The notes under the pieces were generated by a model. It saw only the letters and a program-made list of their open reading frames with translations. It had not been told where the DNA came from and did not search any database. From Macrostomum hystrix (taxonomy: Eukaryota; Animalia; Platyhelminthes): 64,000 nucleotides of DNA. Every line of letters starts with the position of its first letter. Position 1 is the stretch's first letter. This document shows positions 34,638 to 48,136 of the stretch, one piece after another. The stretch spans positions 10,850,001 through 10,914,000 of the forward strand of contig CATNEN010000007.1 in the NCBI GenBank assembly GCA_950097015.1. Direction: 5' to 3'. A program made the position numbers and the translations under genes.

Positions 34638-37600
34638 ATGCCAACGAGTGACATGAGCTCATCAAGACCTTCACGGCTTAAAATCTTCCAGTCAAAATCT
34701 GCCATCGGCCAGCGACCTTCTCGGCTGGCGCCTCTCCCGATCCAATCGGGTAGGCGCCGCTTGTCGAGCTCCACTGCTGCTGCAATCGCAGCGGCTGCAG
34801 CAGCTGCCGCTTCGGCGAAGAGCGCTGCTGGCACTGGCTCCATGCGGCTTATAATCGACCAATTTCGTTCCTGGAGGCCCTGGCAGCAGCGGGCCCTCAT
34901 GGCTGGCATTGTTAGCCGCTGCTCGCTGGACCAGCTGCGTCTTCTCGCTACCATCATGGAGCCCGTCTTCCACCGCGACTTCCGCAACTGCGTCCGGCTT
35001 CGCTACCCGTCTGCCGGGCGGCGACGGGACTACAAGCCCTACCAGCCGCCGCCACCTGGACGGAAGAAGCCCAGGCCACGGCGTCGCATCAGCCTCATCA
35101 CGGAGGCTGCCGCGGCAGCAGCTGCTGCACAAATTGCCGCGGCTGCAGCAGCCGAAGCCGCCGACGCTCCAACAGAGGACGGAGACTTAGAAGTGGACGA
35201 CCAGCAGCCGGAAGAGCAGCTTGGTCTTAGTCGAGCCGTCCCGGAGCTGCTGGTCACTCGTTACTCGCCACCGTCAGCGCTATCGCCCGTGGCTTCATCC
35301 GGTCTGTTGGAAGACGAAGAGCAGGATGCGGATGCAGCTCAGGATGCAAGCTCAGCCACAGCGGAAACAATGACCGATGCAAGTGGAGTCTCTGAAGACG
35401 AAACGAACATTTTGGATTACGAGCCGCGACTGTCCGAAGAGGCTGTTGAGGACGAGGATGCGCAGGCCTGGTTTGAGGACGCCGAATCGCGGTTCGATGC
35501 ATCCGACGCACGTGAGCTGCTGTCTGAACTGCTGGATGCCGTGGTGTCGTCATCGACCTCGCCGTCGCTCGACGCTGATGACTCCACTGCAGACAGCGTG
35601 GCAGCCTCAGTGGCTCGCGAGGCAGTCCAATCGGCCATCGATGAAGTCTGCCGCCAATCCGGCGACTCCCGCGCGTCCGATGCCGCAGGCGGAGCTGCCG
35701 CCGCCTCCTCGGGTTGCCGGTCGCGGCTGGTCTCCGTCTCCTTTGCAACGCTGTCGCGACAGGCGTCAGCGCCCGGAGGCGGCGAAGGCGGGCGGACCGG
35801 GCCGCAGCTGAAGGAGTTCAACGCGCAGCTGGAAAGGATTTGGACGGTGAGCGGCTGTCTGTCAGCGAAAATCTTGGATGTTCTAATTGAGTATAAATCA
35901 AATTATCTTGACTATACATAAAGCCATTCGACCCCGTTTAGTCTAATTTTCTGAGCTCTACTTTGAGTAGTATACTATTGTTAACAATGTCTAATTTACC
36001 TGCAGCTCCGGTGTGACTTTCCAGTCCTGCCTGCACAGAGGCGGTGAGTTGCAGCAGCTGGACTAGGAGGCTCGTTGAAATCAGACTGTCTTTATGCAGT
36101 TTAGTCAGTCAGCAATTGCATCCTGTGCATTTTGCTATTTGCATGCTTCTCTGTCTGCACCCGATGTTCATTTTAAGTGTATTTCACTTTATGCGGCCCG
36201 ACTTCAGCTCGCACTCTTGCATACGCTTCTTGCACTCGCTATATTGAAGCCGAAAATTAGGCAATTTCTAGCAAGCGAATTCTACCCGAATCTTGGAATT
36301 TCCGCAGTGGATCAGCACGTGGCCTGAGTTTGAGAGGATCAACCTGCTGTCTGAACTAGTGACCGTCTGCAGCCAGCAGCTCATCGCACACCTGGCTGAC
36401 TGCATCATGCAGAGGTGAGTTCACTGAGCACTGAGCTGACTGCATCATGCAGAGGTGAGTTCACTGAGCACTGAGCTGACTGCATCATGCAGAGGTGAGT
36501 TCGCTGAGCACTGAGCTGACTGCATCATGCAGAGGTGAGTTCACTGAGCACTGAGCTGACTGCATCATGCAGAGGTGAGTTCACTGAGCACTGAGCTGAC
36601 TGCATCATGCAGAGGTGAGTTCACTGAGCACTGAGCTGACTGCATCATGCAGAGGTGAGTTCCCTGAGCACTGAGCTGACTGCATCATGCAGAGGTGAGT
36701 TCGCTGAGCACTGAGCTGACTGCATCATGCAGAGGTGAGTTCACTGAGCACTGAGCTGACTGCATCATGCAGAGGTGAGTTCGCTGAGCACTGAGCTGAC
36801 TGCATCATGCAGAGGTGAGTTCACTGAGCACTGAGCTGACTGCATCATGCAGAGGTGAGTTCGCTGAGCACTGAGCTGACTGCATCATGCAGAGGTGAGT
36901 TCACTGAGCACTGAGCTGACTGCATCATGCAGAGGTGAGTTCCCTGAGCACTGAGCTGACTGCATCATGCAGAGGTGAGTTCACTGAGCACTGAGCTGAC
37001 TGCATCATGCAGATGTGAGTTCGCTGAGCACTGAGCTGATTGCATCATGCAGAGTTCGGATGAGAAGAGAGAAAAGGCCTAGTGACAGGGCACAGGAGCG
37101 CTAATGGGAATGTATCGGGAAATTTCGCTTCTCTACTTGAAGTAGTCTGTGCAAACTCGCCCGCCGCAGAATTCACGATTGCACGGACATCGGCATCCTG
37201 CCGGACCGCACGCTGTTGAAAATCTTCTCGCTGCTGCCCGTCAGCGACTTGCTGAGCTGCGCCCAGGTGTGCCGACACTGGTGGGTGCTGGCCTCTCACG
37301 ACAGCATCTGGCTGCGCCGCTGCGAGCTGATTGGCTGGCAGAACGGCCTGCTGAACCTGGTGGGAGTGCTGCAGCAGCGGCTGCGAATGCAGGAGATTGA
37401 CTGGAAGCTCACGTACCGGGAGCTGGAGCGGATGCTGCGGCAGGCCCGGCAGAGCCTCCCTCTGCCCAGGCACCTCACGCACAGCGCCGCAGGTGAGCAT
37501 TGGGATCTGCGATGCTAAAAACATTGAGATTTTATGGCACTACTTTAGCTAGCCTTTGTCAGTAGTAGCAGTGGGTCATGCACACAAGAAGAGACTAATT

Positions 37601-40600
37601 TATGTGAAATCCATTATAAGCGCTTTGATTACCAGTGCGGTGAGCTCAAGCGAGAAAATGTTAGGTGAGCGGCCTGAAAAGGTTAGCCCAGGTACTGCCA
37701 GATGACGAGCGAACAGCTGCAGGCTTGTTCAAACAGACCCTCACCAGCCCTGTCTAATTTCCTTAACTGTCAAGTCTACAAACAGAAATTGAGTGTGGGA
37801 GGCTGGCTCCAATAGATCTGTGTAGCGGCTTCACAAATTCAACCAATCAAAAAGTTTCACTACATACTGAAGTCCCGCTGTCTGACAGTTAGGGTCATTC
37901 ACGCGGCACAGCTCAAAGTACGCATGAGTTTACCAGCACAGGAGTTTAGCTGGCCAGCTGGTCGATTGCACGTTACTCAGAGCATCACTCTAGCAGCCTC
38001 ATCTCCCAATCACCTTTCACAGCTCTCTTCCGGGCCCGGCAGCAGCATAGGCAGCAACAGCAGCAGCAGCAGCGGCAGCCAAAGCCACGAAAGTTCACGG
38101 TGGCAGGCCTGGCTCGCCTGACGATGTCGCTGAGGAAGTTCCGCATGCTGTCCGATGGAGCCACTGCAAAGCGCGACGCTGGTGAGGCTAAAAAAACAAC
38201 TGTTTGAACACTAGCCAATCAGAGGCGGCGGATGGGGAGGCCGCTGTTGGCTCCTGGCTATAGATTGGTCTATTTAAATTGTCTAATTTGGCATCCCACC
38301 AGAGGGTCAGCGCGGCTATTCGTTTCACACATCATTTTAGATGGTTTAAATGTGGCTAGAAATGGCTGCAAATCCGTTTCTTAGCTTGTTTCGATTGGCT
38401 GACGCACTAAAAGTTTAATTGCTGACTTAAGCAGGGAGGGGGAAATGGGTATGATGCTGAGTACCGCTCAGAAATTGCAGTGCTACTCAGCCTCATCTAC
38501 CAGTCACAGTTAAGCTGGTAAGCTGGGTGGGATATTTTCCCCTGTTCCCAGCTGCCTCCCTGTACCCGCGGGCCGCAAGGCGCAAAGTTGTCGCGGGCTC
38601 CTGGGCAGCCTGCCACCTCAGCGCACTTTTTCTTCCACTGGCCACTTTTGTCTCCACAGCACCTGCCGGACTGTACAGTGGGGGCGGAACACAGAGAACA
38701 CGGCTGAAACTCCCTTCCCCTTTCCAGCTTCCTTCCCCATATCCCCGGCTGTTGCCAGCCAACCTGCTCCAAACTGCTCTGCCTTCAGGGCTTAAGCTTT
38801 TTGTCTATTAAAATTTTCTGCAAATCAGCAGGAGCCGACGGCGAGGCCAAGGCGAAACGGCGAGAGCAGCAGCAGCAGCTTGACGGAGTGAGCGTGCTGG
38901 AGCGAATTCACGAGGAGTACGCGGACAGGAGGTGAGGCTCGAGTTATATCCAGTGTCACCACAATTGCCCCAGTGTCACCACAATTGCCCCAGTGTCACC
39001 ACAATTGCCCCAGTGTCACCACAATTGCCCCAGTGTCACCACAATTGCCCCAGTGTCACCACAATTGCCCCAGTGTCACCACAATTGCCCCAGTGTCACC
39101 ACAATTGCCCCAGCCAGGGAAAGTATCCCACCCAGCTCAGTGCACTTGCCTCCTTCTGCTCCAGACCGCTGATGAAGCCGATCCTGGGCCGGCTGAAGCA
39201 GTTCCAGGAGTCCGAGGATGTGGCTTTAGACATTCGGCCGCGACTTGTGGAGGCCATGGATTTGACGGTGAGTGTCGGACAGTTGCCCGCTGGGGCTGAG
39301 CTATGAACTATCACTGCATCATGAGCCCAGATCCATGAGCACTGCTCAAAGCAACCCAGATCCACCCGGCCCCTCGCAGCTGACAGCGGAGTTGAGCCAG
39401 CTCAAAGAGATTCACATGTACGGCAGGGAGGCGGTCAGCGTGAATGCCAGAGTAAGACTGCAGGCAGCTGCAGGGTCCGCGCTGATTCAATGTTGTACCT
39501 TATGTAGAATAGTTCCGTTACTGACAAAAGCATGTTAAATTCATGTTTGCACCTTTGACTTATTTTCCCCCAATTTGTTGTTTTTCTTTTCTTCCGTATA
39601 GACATGGTGTTGCATGGTGTCTTTCAGTCATTCTGACCTGCTTAGCTCCTATTCTTTGTCAATGCATGTTGGCCTCATAGAGGCGCTAAATATTAGAACC
39701 CATCCTACTATTAGTAACACTGAACGAAAGCACCAGTAAAATGGTTTTTGTTCCAGGAGCAGTCAGAGTCCAAGGAGCGGCTGATCTACAAGAAGGATCT
39801 CGAGAAGCTCGGACAGCGGGGCGCATTTGTGGGCGACGTTCTGCCGATTCTGCAGTGCCGCCTCCTGCAGGTGAGGGCGACTTAATTAGGCTCAAAGGTT
39901 GCGATCTAACCTTCGATGTTATGCACCTTGTCAGCAAGTTTGCCTGCCAGGACACAATCAGATACCATCAGACCCCATCAGACACCATCAGACACCATCA
40001 GACCTCACCAGACACCATCAGACACCATCAGACCCCATCAGACCCCAGCAGAAGCAGCCAGAGCACAGATGACTCTCCCGCAACTGCAGGGCCACCTGGA
40101 TGCGGTGCAGTGCCTGCAGTTCGATGAGCGCCGCCTGGTGACGGGGTCGCGGGACATGTCGGTGCGCATCTGGGACGTGCGCAGCGGCCGCAGCATCCGG
40201 AAGCTCTACGGGCACAAGGGCGGCGTGACCTGCCTGCACATGTGGGACAATGTGCTGGCCACGGGCAGCTGGGACATGAGCGTCATGCTGTGGAGCCTGG
40301 AGCCCGAGTTCCGCAGACTGCGCATGCTGACGGACCACGAAGATTCCGTCTGTTTTGTCTACATCCTGCCTGTCTCCAAGAATGTGAGTAGCTTTGAGCA
40401 GTTGTGTGAGCTGAGCTGAGCCTGTTTATAGGATCAATTTATCCCCGAATCTAGCCGCACCTGTTCGAGGCTCTCGGTCCTGAACCAAGACACATATTCC
40501 TGACCCAAGACACATTACTCCTGACCCAAGACACATATTCCTGACCCAAGACACATTACTCCTGACCCAAGACACATATTCCTGACCCAAGACACATTAC

Positions 40601-41447
40601 TCCTGACCCAAGACACACTGTTTATAGGATCAATTTATCCCCGAATCTAGACACAAGACACATTCCTGACCCAAGACACATCATACCTGACCCAAGACAA
40701 GTTATTTCTGACCCAAGACACATCATTCCTGACTCAACCTTTCCTAACTCAGCCCGAATGAGAAAGCAATGAATTTCCTGCCGCTCGCAGCTGGTGACGG
40801 CCGCCTTCGACGCCACGGCGCGGGTTTACGAGCCGCCCAACTACCGGCAGTCGGCGCTGGCCCGCTTCCCCTCGCCAGTGACGCATGCGGCGGTGGCGGG
40901 CGAACTGCAGCTGGCCACGGCGCACGCGGACCGGCAGCTGCGCCTGACAGACCTGGCCAGCGGCCGGCTGCTCCGCCAGTTCGGCGCCCACTCGGACACC
41001 TTGACATGCCTGCACGCCAGTGGCGACCTGCTGGTCACGGGCACCCGGTGCGGTCGCCTGCACTTCTGGGACGCCCGCGCCGGACAGTGCGAGGCGGCAG
41101 TCCAGGCGGACCCTGGCCGGGCGGCTCTCACCGTCCTACGGCTGCGCCGCGGCAGCCTGTGGACCGGACACTCGGACGGCACCATCAGGGAGTGGCACCT
41201 GGCCACAATGACCTGCATCCGCTCCCTGGCCGGTCACAAGGCTGCCGTGCGCGACCTGCAGGCCACGGCCAAGCGGGTCGCCTCCGTGTCAGAGGACGCC
41301 TTCGCCCGCATCTGGGAGTTCCGCGTGCCGCCCCCCTCGGCACCGGAGCACGACCTGGTCCGCGCCCGCCTGCTTGACCAGAGTCACCTGCGCAAGGCCC
41401 GCCCGGCCAGGCGGAGCCCAGACTCAATGCTACTCAGCGACCACTAA
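34638..41447 (+). CDS. F-box/WD40-repeat protein (FBXW family, FBXW10-like architecture); exons 34638-35846, 36308-36414, 37170-37492, 38023-38181, 38829-38931, 39165-39267, 39380-39451, 39757-39870, 40090-40383, 40791-41447
   Basis: F-box LPDRTLLKIFSLLPVSDLLSCAQVCRHWWVLASHDSIW. WD40 repeats GHLDAVQCLQFDERRLVTGSRDMSVRIWD, GHKGGVTCL...GSWDMSVMLW and GHKAAVRDL...SEDAFARIWE. All ten exons join in frame through GT-AG introns. Confidence 0.85.
36395..37054. repeat. 40-bp minisatellite (~16.5 copies) containing the exon-2 end and its 5' splice donor
   Basis: Unit GCTGACTGCATCATGCAGAG|GTGAGTTC(A/G/C)CTGAGCACTGA. Confidence 0.95.
38950..39113. repeat. 20-bp intronic minisatellite, ~8 copies
   Basis: Unit CCAGTGTCACCACAATTGCC. 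Confidence 0.95.
39949..40048. repeat. 10-bp intronic repeat
   Basis: CAGACACCAT / CAGACCCCAT variants. Confidence 0.85.
40424..40735. repeat. ~20-21-bp intronic minisatellite with a duplicated ~32-bp block
   Basis: CCTGACCCAAGACACAT units. TGTTTATAGGATCAATTTATCCCCGAATCTAG occurs at ~40424 and ~40619. Confidence 0.85.
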
Positions 41448-42990
41448 ACACTCAGCAACCAATGCATGCTAACCCGACAGGACCCAGATTTACTGGACTT
41501 TAGTGTATACCTGTGCGACTGATTCAGTCTGCTCCATATTGCTGTGGGAGACTTTACTAGAGCTTTACCAGAAACTCGTTTAGCTGATCTCCACTGGCCC
41601 TCACGAGTCTAGCGATGCACAATGATCTGTGAGTTCAGCCTGTGAGTAGCAGCTAATCTGTCAGTTTTGAGTAGCCAGTTGAAACCGGAGCAAGCTGGAT
41701 CTGCAGCAGTATTCCGTTCGGAAATACGAGTACTGTAATGATGCATTGCGATTGATAGCTATGCCTAGGGCTGTGCTGATTGGCTCATGTAATTAACTGC
41801 CTTCGATATGTACATCTGTGGGTGCAGGGCTGCAGCCAATCGATAGCTGCACCCCACCCGGTTGACCTAATTAAAAGGACGTATTTTTGCACAACATTGA
41901 GCCGCTCTCGCGCAGACTTCGTACTTTACAGTACCGCTTGAGAACATTCTGTGTTTTCTTTGAATGCAAACTTACGAGCTTAATTTTGACAACCACTGGC
42001 CTGCAACAATGCCCTGCTACCAATAAACACGTAACTATAATTCTGTTTTAATTTCTCTTCATATTCTATGCTTCGGCAAGTTGCAAAATAATGAATGCAA
42101 GCTGCAGGTGCTGCAGAATGCAAGTGAAACATGCTCAGCTATCAGTATCTTCGCAGCAAGCTCGCCCTGGCTGATACAAGCCTTATCTGTAGAGGCGGGC
42201 CAAGGCCAAGCTAAAGCTGGCAGGACGGCACAGGTGCGCAGGTCGACCTTCACCGACCTGCTGCTCGGAGGCTCCCATGCAGAGATAAGGAGCGCAGAGC
42301 GATCACTCGCAATTCGCGTGCATTTCATGTCAGTTTCCCATGCCAGAAGGAATACATTGCCGCATCTGTTTAACAAGTGCATGAGGCGAACCAGCCAACC
42401 TCCCCCTCCGATCAGTCTCACTCGATAGACAAAATGAGACCAGAGTAAGCAGCAAGCTCGCCTGCAGCCAGTTTCAATAGCGATGGATCGGAAAAATAGA
42501 AACTGTTTATTATGTTTACGAAAAAGAGTTTCTCTAATTAAACAAATAGATTTCGAGTTGCGCATTGGGCCTTGATCGATGCGAGATCAGATGCCAGCGC
42601 TATTACAGCAGGGCGCAGAGCATGCAGAAATTTGAACCGAATTTGAGCGCGGAATATAACGAACAGCCCTACAGGTAAGAACAAGAATAGGAATAAACGA
42701 GAACAATGGATGGAGCGGGCCAAGGCCTCATCGATCAGCACAGGACAGACATGTGCTCTCGGTGGCTGGGTGATTGAGGGCTGCGTGCTTTGCCTGTGTG
42801 GCCTTGAGCAACCAGGCCAAGGGGAAGTCCCGATAATGAATGTGAATGTCCCACACAAAGAAACTCTCTGCTGTAGCAGAACATGTGAAAACTTTACAAA
42901 CTTTATTCGCTGGACAGCATCAACAGATTAAAGAGGCATCCAGTTGGCACCGAAAACTGTCTCGAGTGGTCCCGTACAGTCACTTCCTTC

Positions 42991-45900
42991 TCAGACGCTC
43001 TGGTAGCCGCCACCTGAGCTGTGCCTGCGCCTGCCGATGAGATAGGCGATCAGCACAATGATGACCAAGCCGGCCAGGGCCGCGCCGACTACGATTGGCA
43101 CCACATTGTCGATGGGCGTGTCATCCAGACACTTCTCCACAGAGCCGAAGAACTCATCAGTGCCATTGTTGACGCGGAAGGCCTGGGATAGAGGGGAAAC
43201 GGTGCGGGCAGGACAGTGGATTGCTATCCTAGCTGAGTGGATGGCTAGGTTTGCCATAGATATTAACTGATCTGAGAACAGCGCTCACCTGAGCGTGCAG
43301 GTCCCTGGTGTTCATGGTAACGAAGCTGTCAAGCTTTAGAGCCTCATTAGAGCTGCAGGTGTAGTAGCTGCTGCCGGAGCTCACTGAGAAGTAGGTCAGG
43401 TTGCCCAAGGAGCTGCGATTCGCATTGGGCTCGGCGGCGTCGGGGAAGAGGCTCGGAGTGAGCCGATAGTCCACAGTCAGCAGCTGGAGGCCGTAGCCGC
43501 CGCTCGACATCTTGGTGAAGGTGAAGCCAGCGCGCCAGCCATCCAGGAAGGTGAGCTCGATGTTCTGGCTGGAGTTGCCGCAATTGCCGCCGGCTTTCTT
43601 CGTGTCGGCGGGAAGCGCGACGGTGACGGTGGCGTTTGTGCCGGTCTTCCGGGCGTAGAGGATGGACAGAGAGGCGCGCAGCTTCAGGCGCAGGCAGGGG
43701 ACGCGGGTGACAGCGTCGAAAACGGTGAAGTTCAGAATCGGCGGCTCCGGCGGGGCGCTGTAGGGCGGAAAGTGCACGTGTACTCTTGACCTAAACTAAT
43801 AGTGTCTCATGAAATCTGCTGTTTAACACAGACCACACTGCTCACATCTCACAACTCAAGTCAATGAACTCAGCTGTCCAACACAGACCACACTGCTCAC
43901 ATCTCACAACTCAAGTCAATGAACTCAGCTGTCCAAGACAGACCACACTGCTCACATCTCACAACTCAAGTCAATGAACTCAGCTGTCCAACACAGACCA
44001 CACTGCTCACATCTCACAACTCAAGTCAATGAACTCAGCTGTCCAACACAGACCACACTGCTCACACCTCACAAACTATGGTGCTGATGTACTTAATACA
44101 GGTCTGAGCTAACTAACTGTCACTCACGTGGTGGGCACAACGGCAGTGGTGGCAGGTGGAGCAGCAGTGCTGGTGGTGTTTGTAGGCGCAGAAGAGCTGG
44201 TGGTGTCCGTGGGAGCGGCAGAGCTGGTGGTATTAGTGGGCGCAGCGGTGCTAGTGGAGGCCACTGTGGTGGCATCCTCCTGGCAGGTGACGAACTTGTC
44301 GCTCATGGAGTTGTTGACCAGGCCGAAGGCTTGAATCTTGGTGGCAGCGAGGCCGAGCTCACTGCCGTTGATAAGCTGGCTGGAGATAAGGGGAAGGCGG
44401 AGCGGGGAGGCGCAGGCGAAGTACTCGGTGTCGGATGACAGCGGCAGATTGGGGCTGCTGCCCAGCAGGAATTGGCCAGTGGCATTCGGGTTCAGGAAGC
44501 GGGTGCCATTCTGCAGGCTTATTGACAGGTCCATGGCGGCCAGGGAGGCTTTGCCGCTGGAGCTGGAAAAGTTCAGCTGCAGCCAGCAGTCGGTGAAGGT
44601 GAGGTTCAGGCTGGCCTGGCCTTTCACTTCCGACTCGCACTGGCCGCTAATTAACGTAGCATCGCCTAGAGACCAGCTGGCAACCAACTGTGGAGTGTGG
44701 GCGATTAGCGGGCATGATTATGTTAGTTACCCATACTGACATAACCAACAACTAATTAGTCCAGTATCTTAATATGGTGCAAGCCCCATACTTGTATACT
44801 TGCATCAGAGCCATATACTAATGCAATACGAAATATGAAATGAAATCCACTGCACAGAGAGAGTGAGACTCAAACCTTGCTTCCAGTGGTGTTGAAGTAG
44901 GCAATGCTGAGGCTGGCATTGGTTTTAACAATCAAGCAGGTTTCGCCATCCTTTTTAAGCTCATAGGTAGCTGCACTGCAGCTATGAAGGCCTGGATTAA
45001 AAAATAGATTTAGATTCAATGGTGAGGACAATAATTGAGACATGCAGAATACACTTCAATTATAAAATTACCAAATTCTTTGGACAACACATTTATTTCT
45101 TCTAGTCTAAACTTTTGCCTATTTGTGAAAGTGACACAGGATGGTTTCATTCTAGTCACTGAATATGAGAGGCTATGATATGATTTGAGGCAAATTGGTT
45201 TTTAGTAAAGTGAAAGTGAAATTTCAGTGAGGTGAAACTAGAAGTGTTTAAGCACTCTTTAAACTTCATATTGTTGACCACTAAAAACAATCAGACAGAT
45301 TTTTTAGCAACGTCAAATTTTGAGCTTGTAAACTAGGCTATAAAATAAGCTTATGACATGTTTAGATGTGACAATGTAGAGTGCTAAGTTTTTTTGTCAG
45401 CTAGTTAAGAGTTTATATTTGCAATCACACTGGTATCATTTCTTTGTTTTGACTGGCCATTGTGTTTCAGTGTGTATATACTACAAGTGTAGTTATATTA
45501 GCATCGCACACATGGCTAGCATTGGGGGTTTGTGTAGTGAAGTCTAACCACACGTTCCTTTAGTCCTATGGTCAATAAATGAAGTATTATAAAGATTCCA
45601 TTCATGCAAGCTGGCTCTCAATCTTTTTCTATAGACTCAATTCAACTACAAGCTACAATTCTATCAAACTAAAAGACAATATAGTCTTGACTCTTACAAG
45701 AGTGTGATTTGAGTCTAAATATACTAATATGTGCAATAAGCTAAACAATGACATGCTTAGACCTTTTTTATATATATTCTAAATTTTAATATATTGACAT
45801 ATTTTATATTTGTTGTTAAAAATTGTATACAATAGAGTAAAAATATAGCAATTAATTAATTTTTCACACTGGCTGACACTACTATATGAAATACAATAAG

Positions 45901-46111
45901 CCATGGTGCTGGTTGCCACTGTCGTTTATAGTGTTTGGTTGTAACTGATTAGCAATATTTTATCTAGTATACTAATTTCTATATAATTTCTAACTTCAAA
46001 AACTAATTTTTTTCGGGGTTATGAGCCATAGTGTAGAAATTGTGAAGACAACCACTTACTGATTAGGACAAGCACTAACAGCACAGAAAGGGTGACACTA
46101 GTCGGCAGCAT
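42991..46111 (-). CDS. LAMP1: Lysosome-associated membrane glycoprotein (two luminal LAMP domains plus Thr-rich hinge); exons 46111-46060, 44991-44876, 44687-44128, 43757-43289, 43182-42991
   Basis: Signal peptide MLPTSVTLSVLLVLVLI. Two Cys-bounded domains, each ending in QAF...C. T/S/P hinge, many NxS/T sequons, TM segment VVPIVVGAALAGLVIIVLIAYLI, and C-terminal GYQSV (GYxxPhi). Confidence 0.9.
43826..44073. repeat. 55-bp intronic minisatellite, ~4.5 copies
   Basis: Unit ACACAGACCACACTGCTCACATCTCACAACTCAAGTCAATGAACTCAGCTGTCCA. Confidence 0.9.
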
Positions 46112-47267
46112 TTTACACCTTTCGAAATGAAAATTGATTTATTCGATATCTGTATTTGTATTCGGTTTTTGTAATACAAAGACTTACGCAACAATAATAT
46201 CAAATTTTAAAACAGTAATTGACTTGTTCCTTTTTTAAAGTTGATTAAATTTGAAAAAAAATATTGTGAAAGTGCACACTCTAAAAAGATGTAAGCTTTC
46301 TGTGTACCCTTAAGGCTTTAATATATTTAGGTGAGTATTTGCAGAAAATAGACATAAAACAGGTAAAAATGCGGTAGTGGTATTCTGCGATATAGAGGGC
46401 ATTTAAAGCTTGTTTTACTTTTACTACCGAGTAATCCGAAACTATCATATTTACGTCCTGCAGTCCATATATAAATATATTTTATTCATTAACTACTGTT
46501 TTTTTTTATTTTAAGGTCTAGGATGGTCTAAACTGTAAGGACTTTTTTGCTTCTTATTTCGGGATAATTAAAGAATGCAAAGCGAATAAAAAGATGAAGA
46601 TGAACTTTTTTATCTTGACCCATGCATTCACAAACGATTTTGATGCATTCTGGACGCAATCCAGTAGCTCTAATTATGGCAGATAAATGCTTTAATAAAG
46701 CAGATAATCTTGTCCGTTATACAGCGAACCTTTATTTGACGCAAGGCTATTCTGGTGACCGCGTCGAATTCGTTTTATTGTAGGTCGACGTTATATTGAG
46801 TTTGTTTTCGCGAAAACTAACCAATTTACGCCAAAACGAAGCGCTTTTGCTTTAACATTTCTATGCAAGACTGCAATAGACAAAACATTTCGAAGATGTT
46901 TCTAGATTTTGTGTAGCTACTTTCACAACCGAGATTTCGCTAAAATGCTGAGAACTGCAGCCCCCAACCAACCCAAGGTGTCCCTTTGCTGCCTGAACAT
47001 TCTGATCACGCGGGACCTGCAGGCTCGCACCCGGAGCTGCGTGGACTGGTTCATTATCGACGCTAAAGCTGCCAAACCGAGCGCCATTTAATTCCCTGGT
47101 TTTGGAGCACGTTAGCTTCTTTCGTAAAGAATTTCTCTACAATTAATGTAAATATGGCGCTTCGATTTAACAAGGGATAGTGGCAGAAAAATGTCTAACT
47201 AATTATTTAATTATTAATTGTTTATTCATTATTGAGTACCAGGGACGATTTTGTGCGTCTTAGACTC

Positions 47268-47542
47268 TTAATAATAATTATTATTAGATTTTCAGGAGGA
47301 ATGTGGGCACTAGCACATCATTTGGTCACAGTAGCAAAGCAGTGGAGCGCAGGCACACCCATAAAGGGGGAGTAAATCTGCCGTGACTTTCTCATCATAA
47401 GACAGTGTACACTCTCACTGTGCCTCGGGTGTTTGACCTCAAGGGGCGACAAGCCCCCAAGTCTTCTCTCCACGGCTGCACACCAATTGAATTTGGCCTC
47501 GCCGCAGAATCGAACTCCGGGACTTTGGTGCGAGAGACTGTC
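47268..47542 (-). mobile_element. Probable 5'-truncated tRNA-derived SINE
   Basis: Minus strand CCCGGAGTTCGATTCTGCGG (B box/T-arm) near the 5' end, a GC-balanced body in AT-rich flanks, and an (AAT)n-like tail at ~47270-47286. Confidence 0.5.
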
Positions 47543-47932
47543 TCTGATTTGATTGGTACTTCAATTGCCTAACTAACAGCCAACATCTGGCTTTTAACAG
47601 GTGTTAAAGCAGTAATGCATTTAATAGTCTTTATATGCAATAAAAGAAGAAAAGTCCAGGAAAGCAACACTCCAACGAAAAGTTTAAATTTTAAATTCTA
47701 GGCCAGTTACAGTAGTTAGATATTGGGCGTGAAATTCCATCAGGCAGGGCTTGCTTGCAGTGTGTAATTTTCAATTCTCGCAATTTCGAAGAGTGCTAAC
47801 TAAGCCAGCGTCTTTCTTTCTACAGTTGACATTGTGGGAGAGTTCCAGCCCAGCTACAACTGGCTGGGTGGGGGACCTAAAATCTGGGTCGATGGGGCTA
47901 CAAACTACAGTCCGGGGTAGGAGGGCCGGCTG

Positions 47933-48136
47933 TCACTCGTCATCCTCATCGGCGGCCGGTCGGTAGCGGTGCTTGACGTGCTGCCAGAGCTTGCCGCGGT
48001 TGTGGTAGTTCCAGAACCACTCGGAGGAGACGTCAATGATGCGCTCAAAGGCGAAGGTGCCGCAGGCCACAGCCAGGATATAGGTTGAGGTGCGGCGGAA
48101 CACAGGCCTGTACAGCTTGGCTAGGATGCCAGTCAT
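47933..48136 (-). CDS. UQCR10: Cytochrome b-c1 complex subunit 9 (QCR9)
   Basis: LYRPVFRRTSTYILAVACGTFAFERIID...FWNYHNRGKLWQHVKHRY is the family signature. ATG at 48136. Confidence 0.93.
   Translation of the reverse strand: MTGILAKLYRPVFRRTSTYILAVACGTFAFERIIDVSSEWFWNYHNRGKLWQHVKHRYRPAADEDDE

Noticed and set aside
43125-43165. CTGATGA on the minus strand (also ~30262-30268, and CTGAAGA...GAAA at ~57945-57972)
   Set aside because: No stem II plus GAAA/UH arrangement; the first lies in LAMP coding sequence
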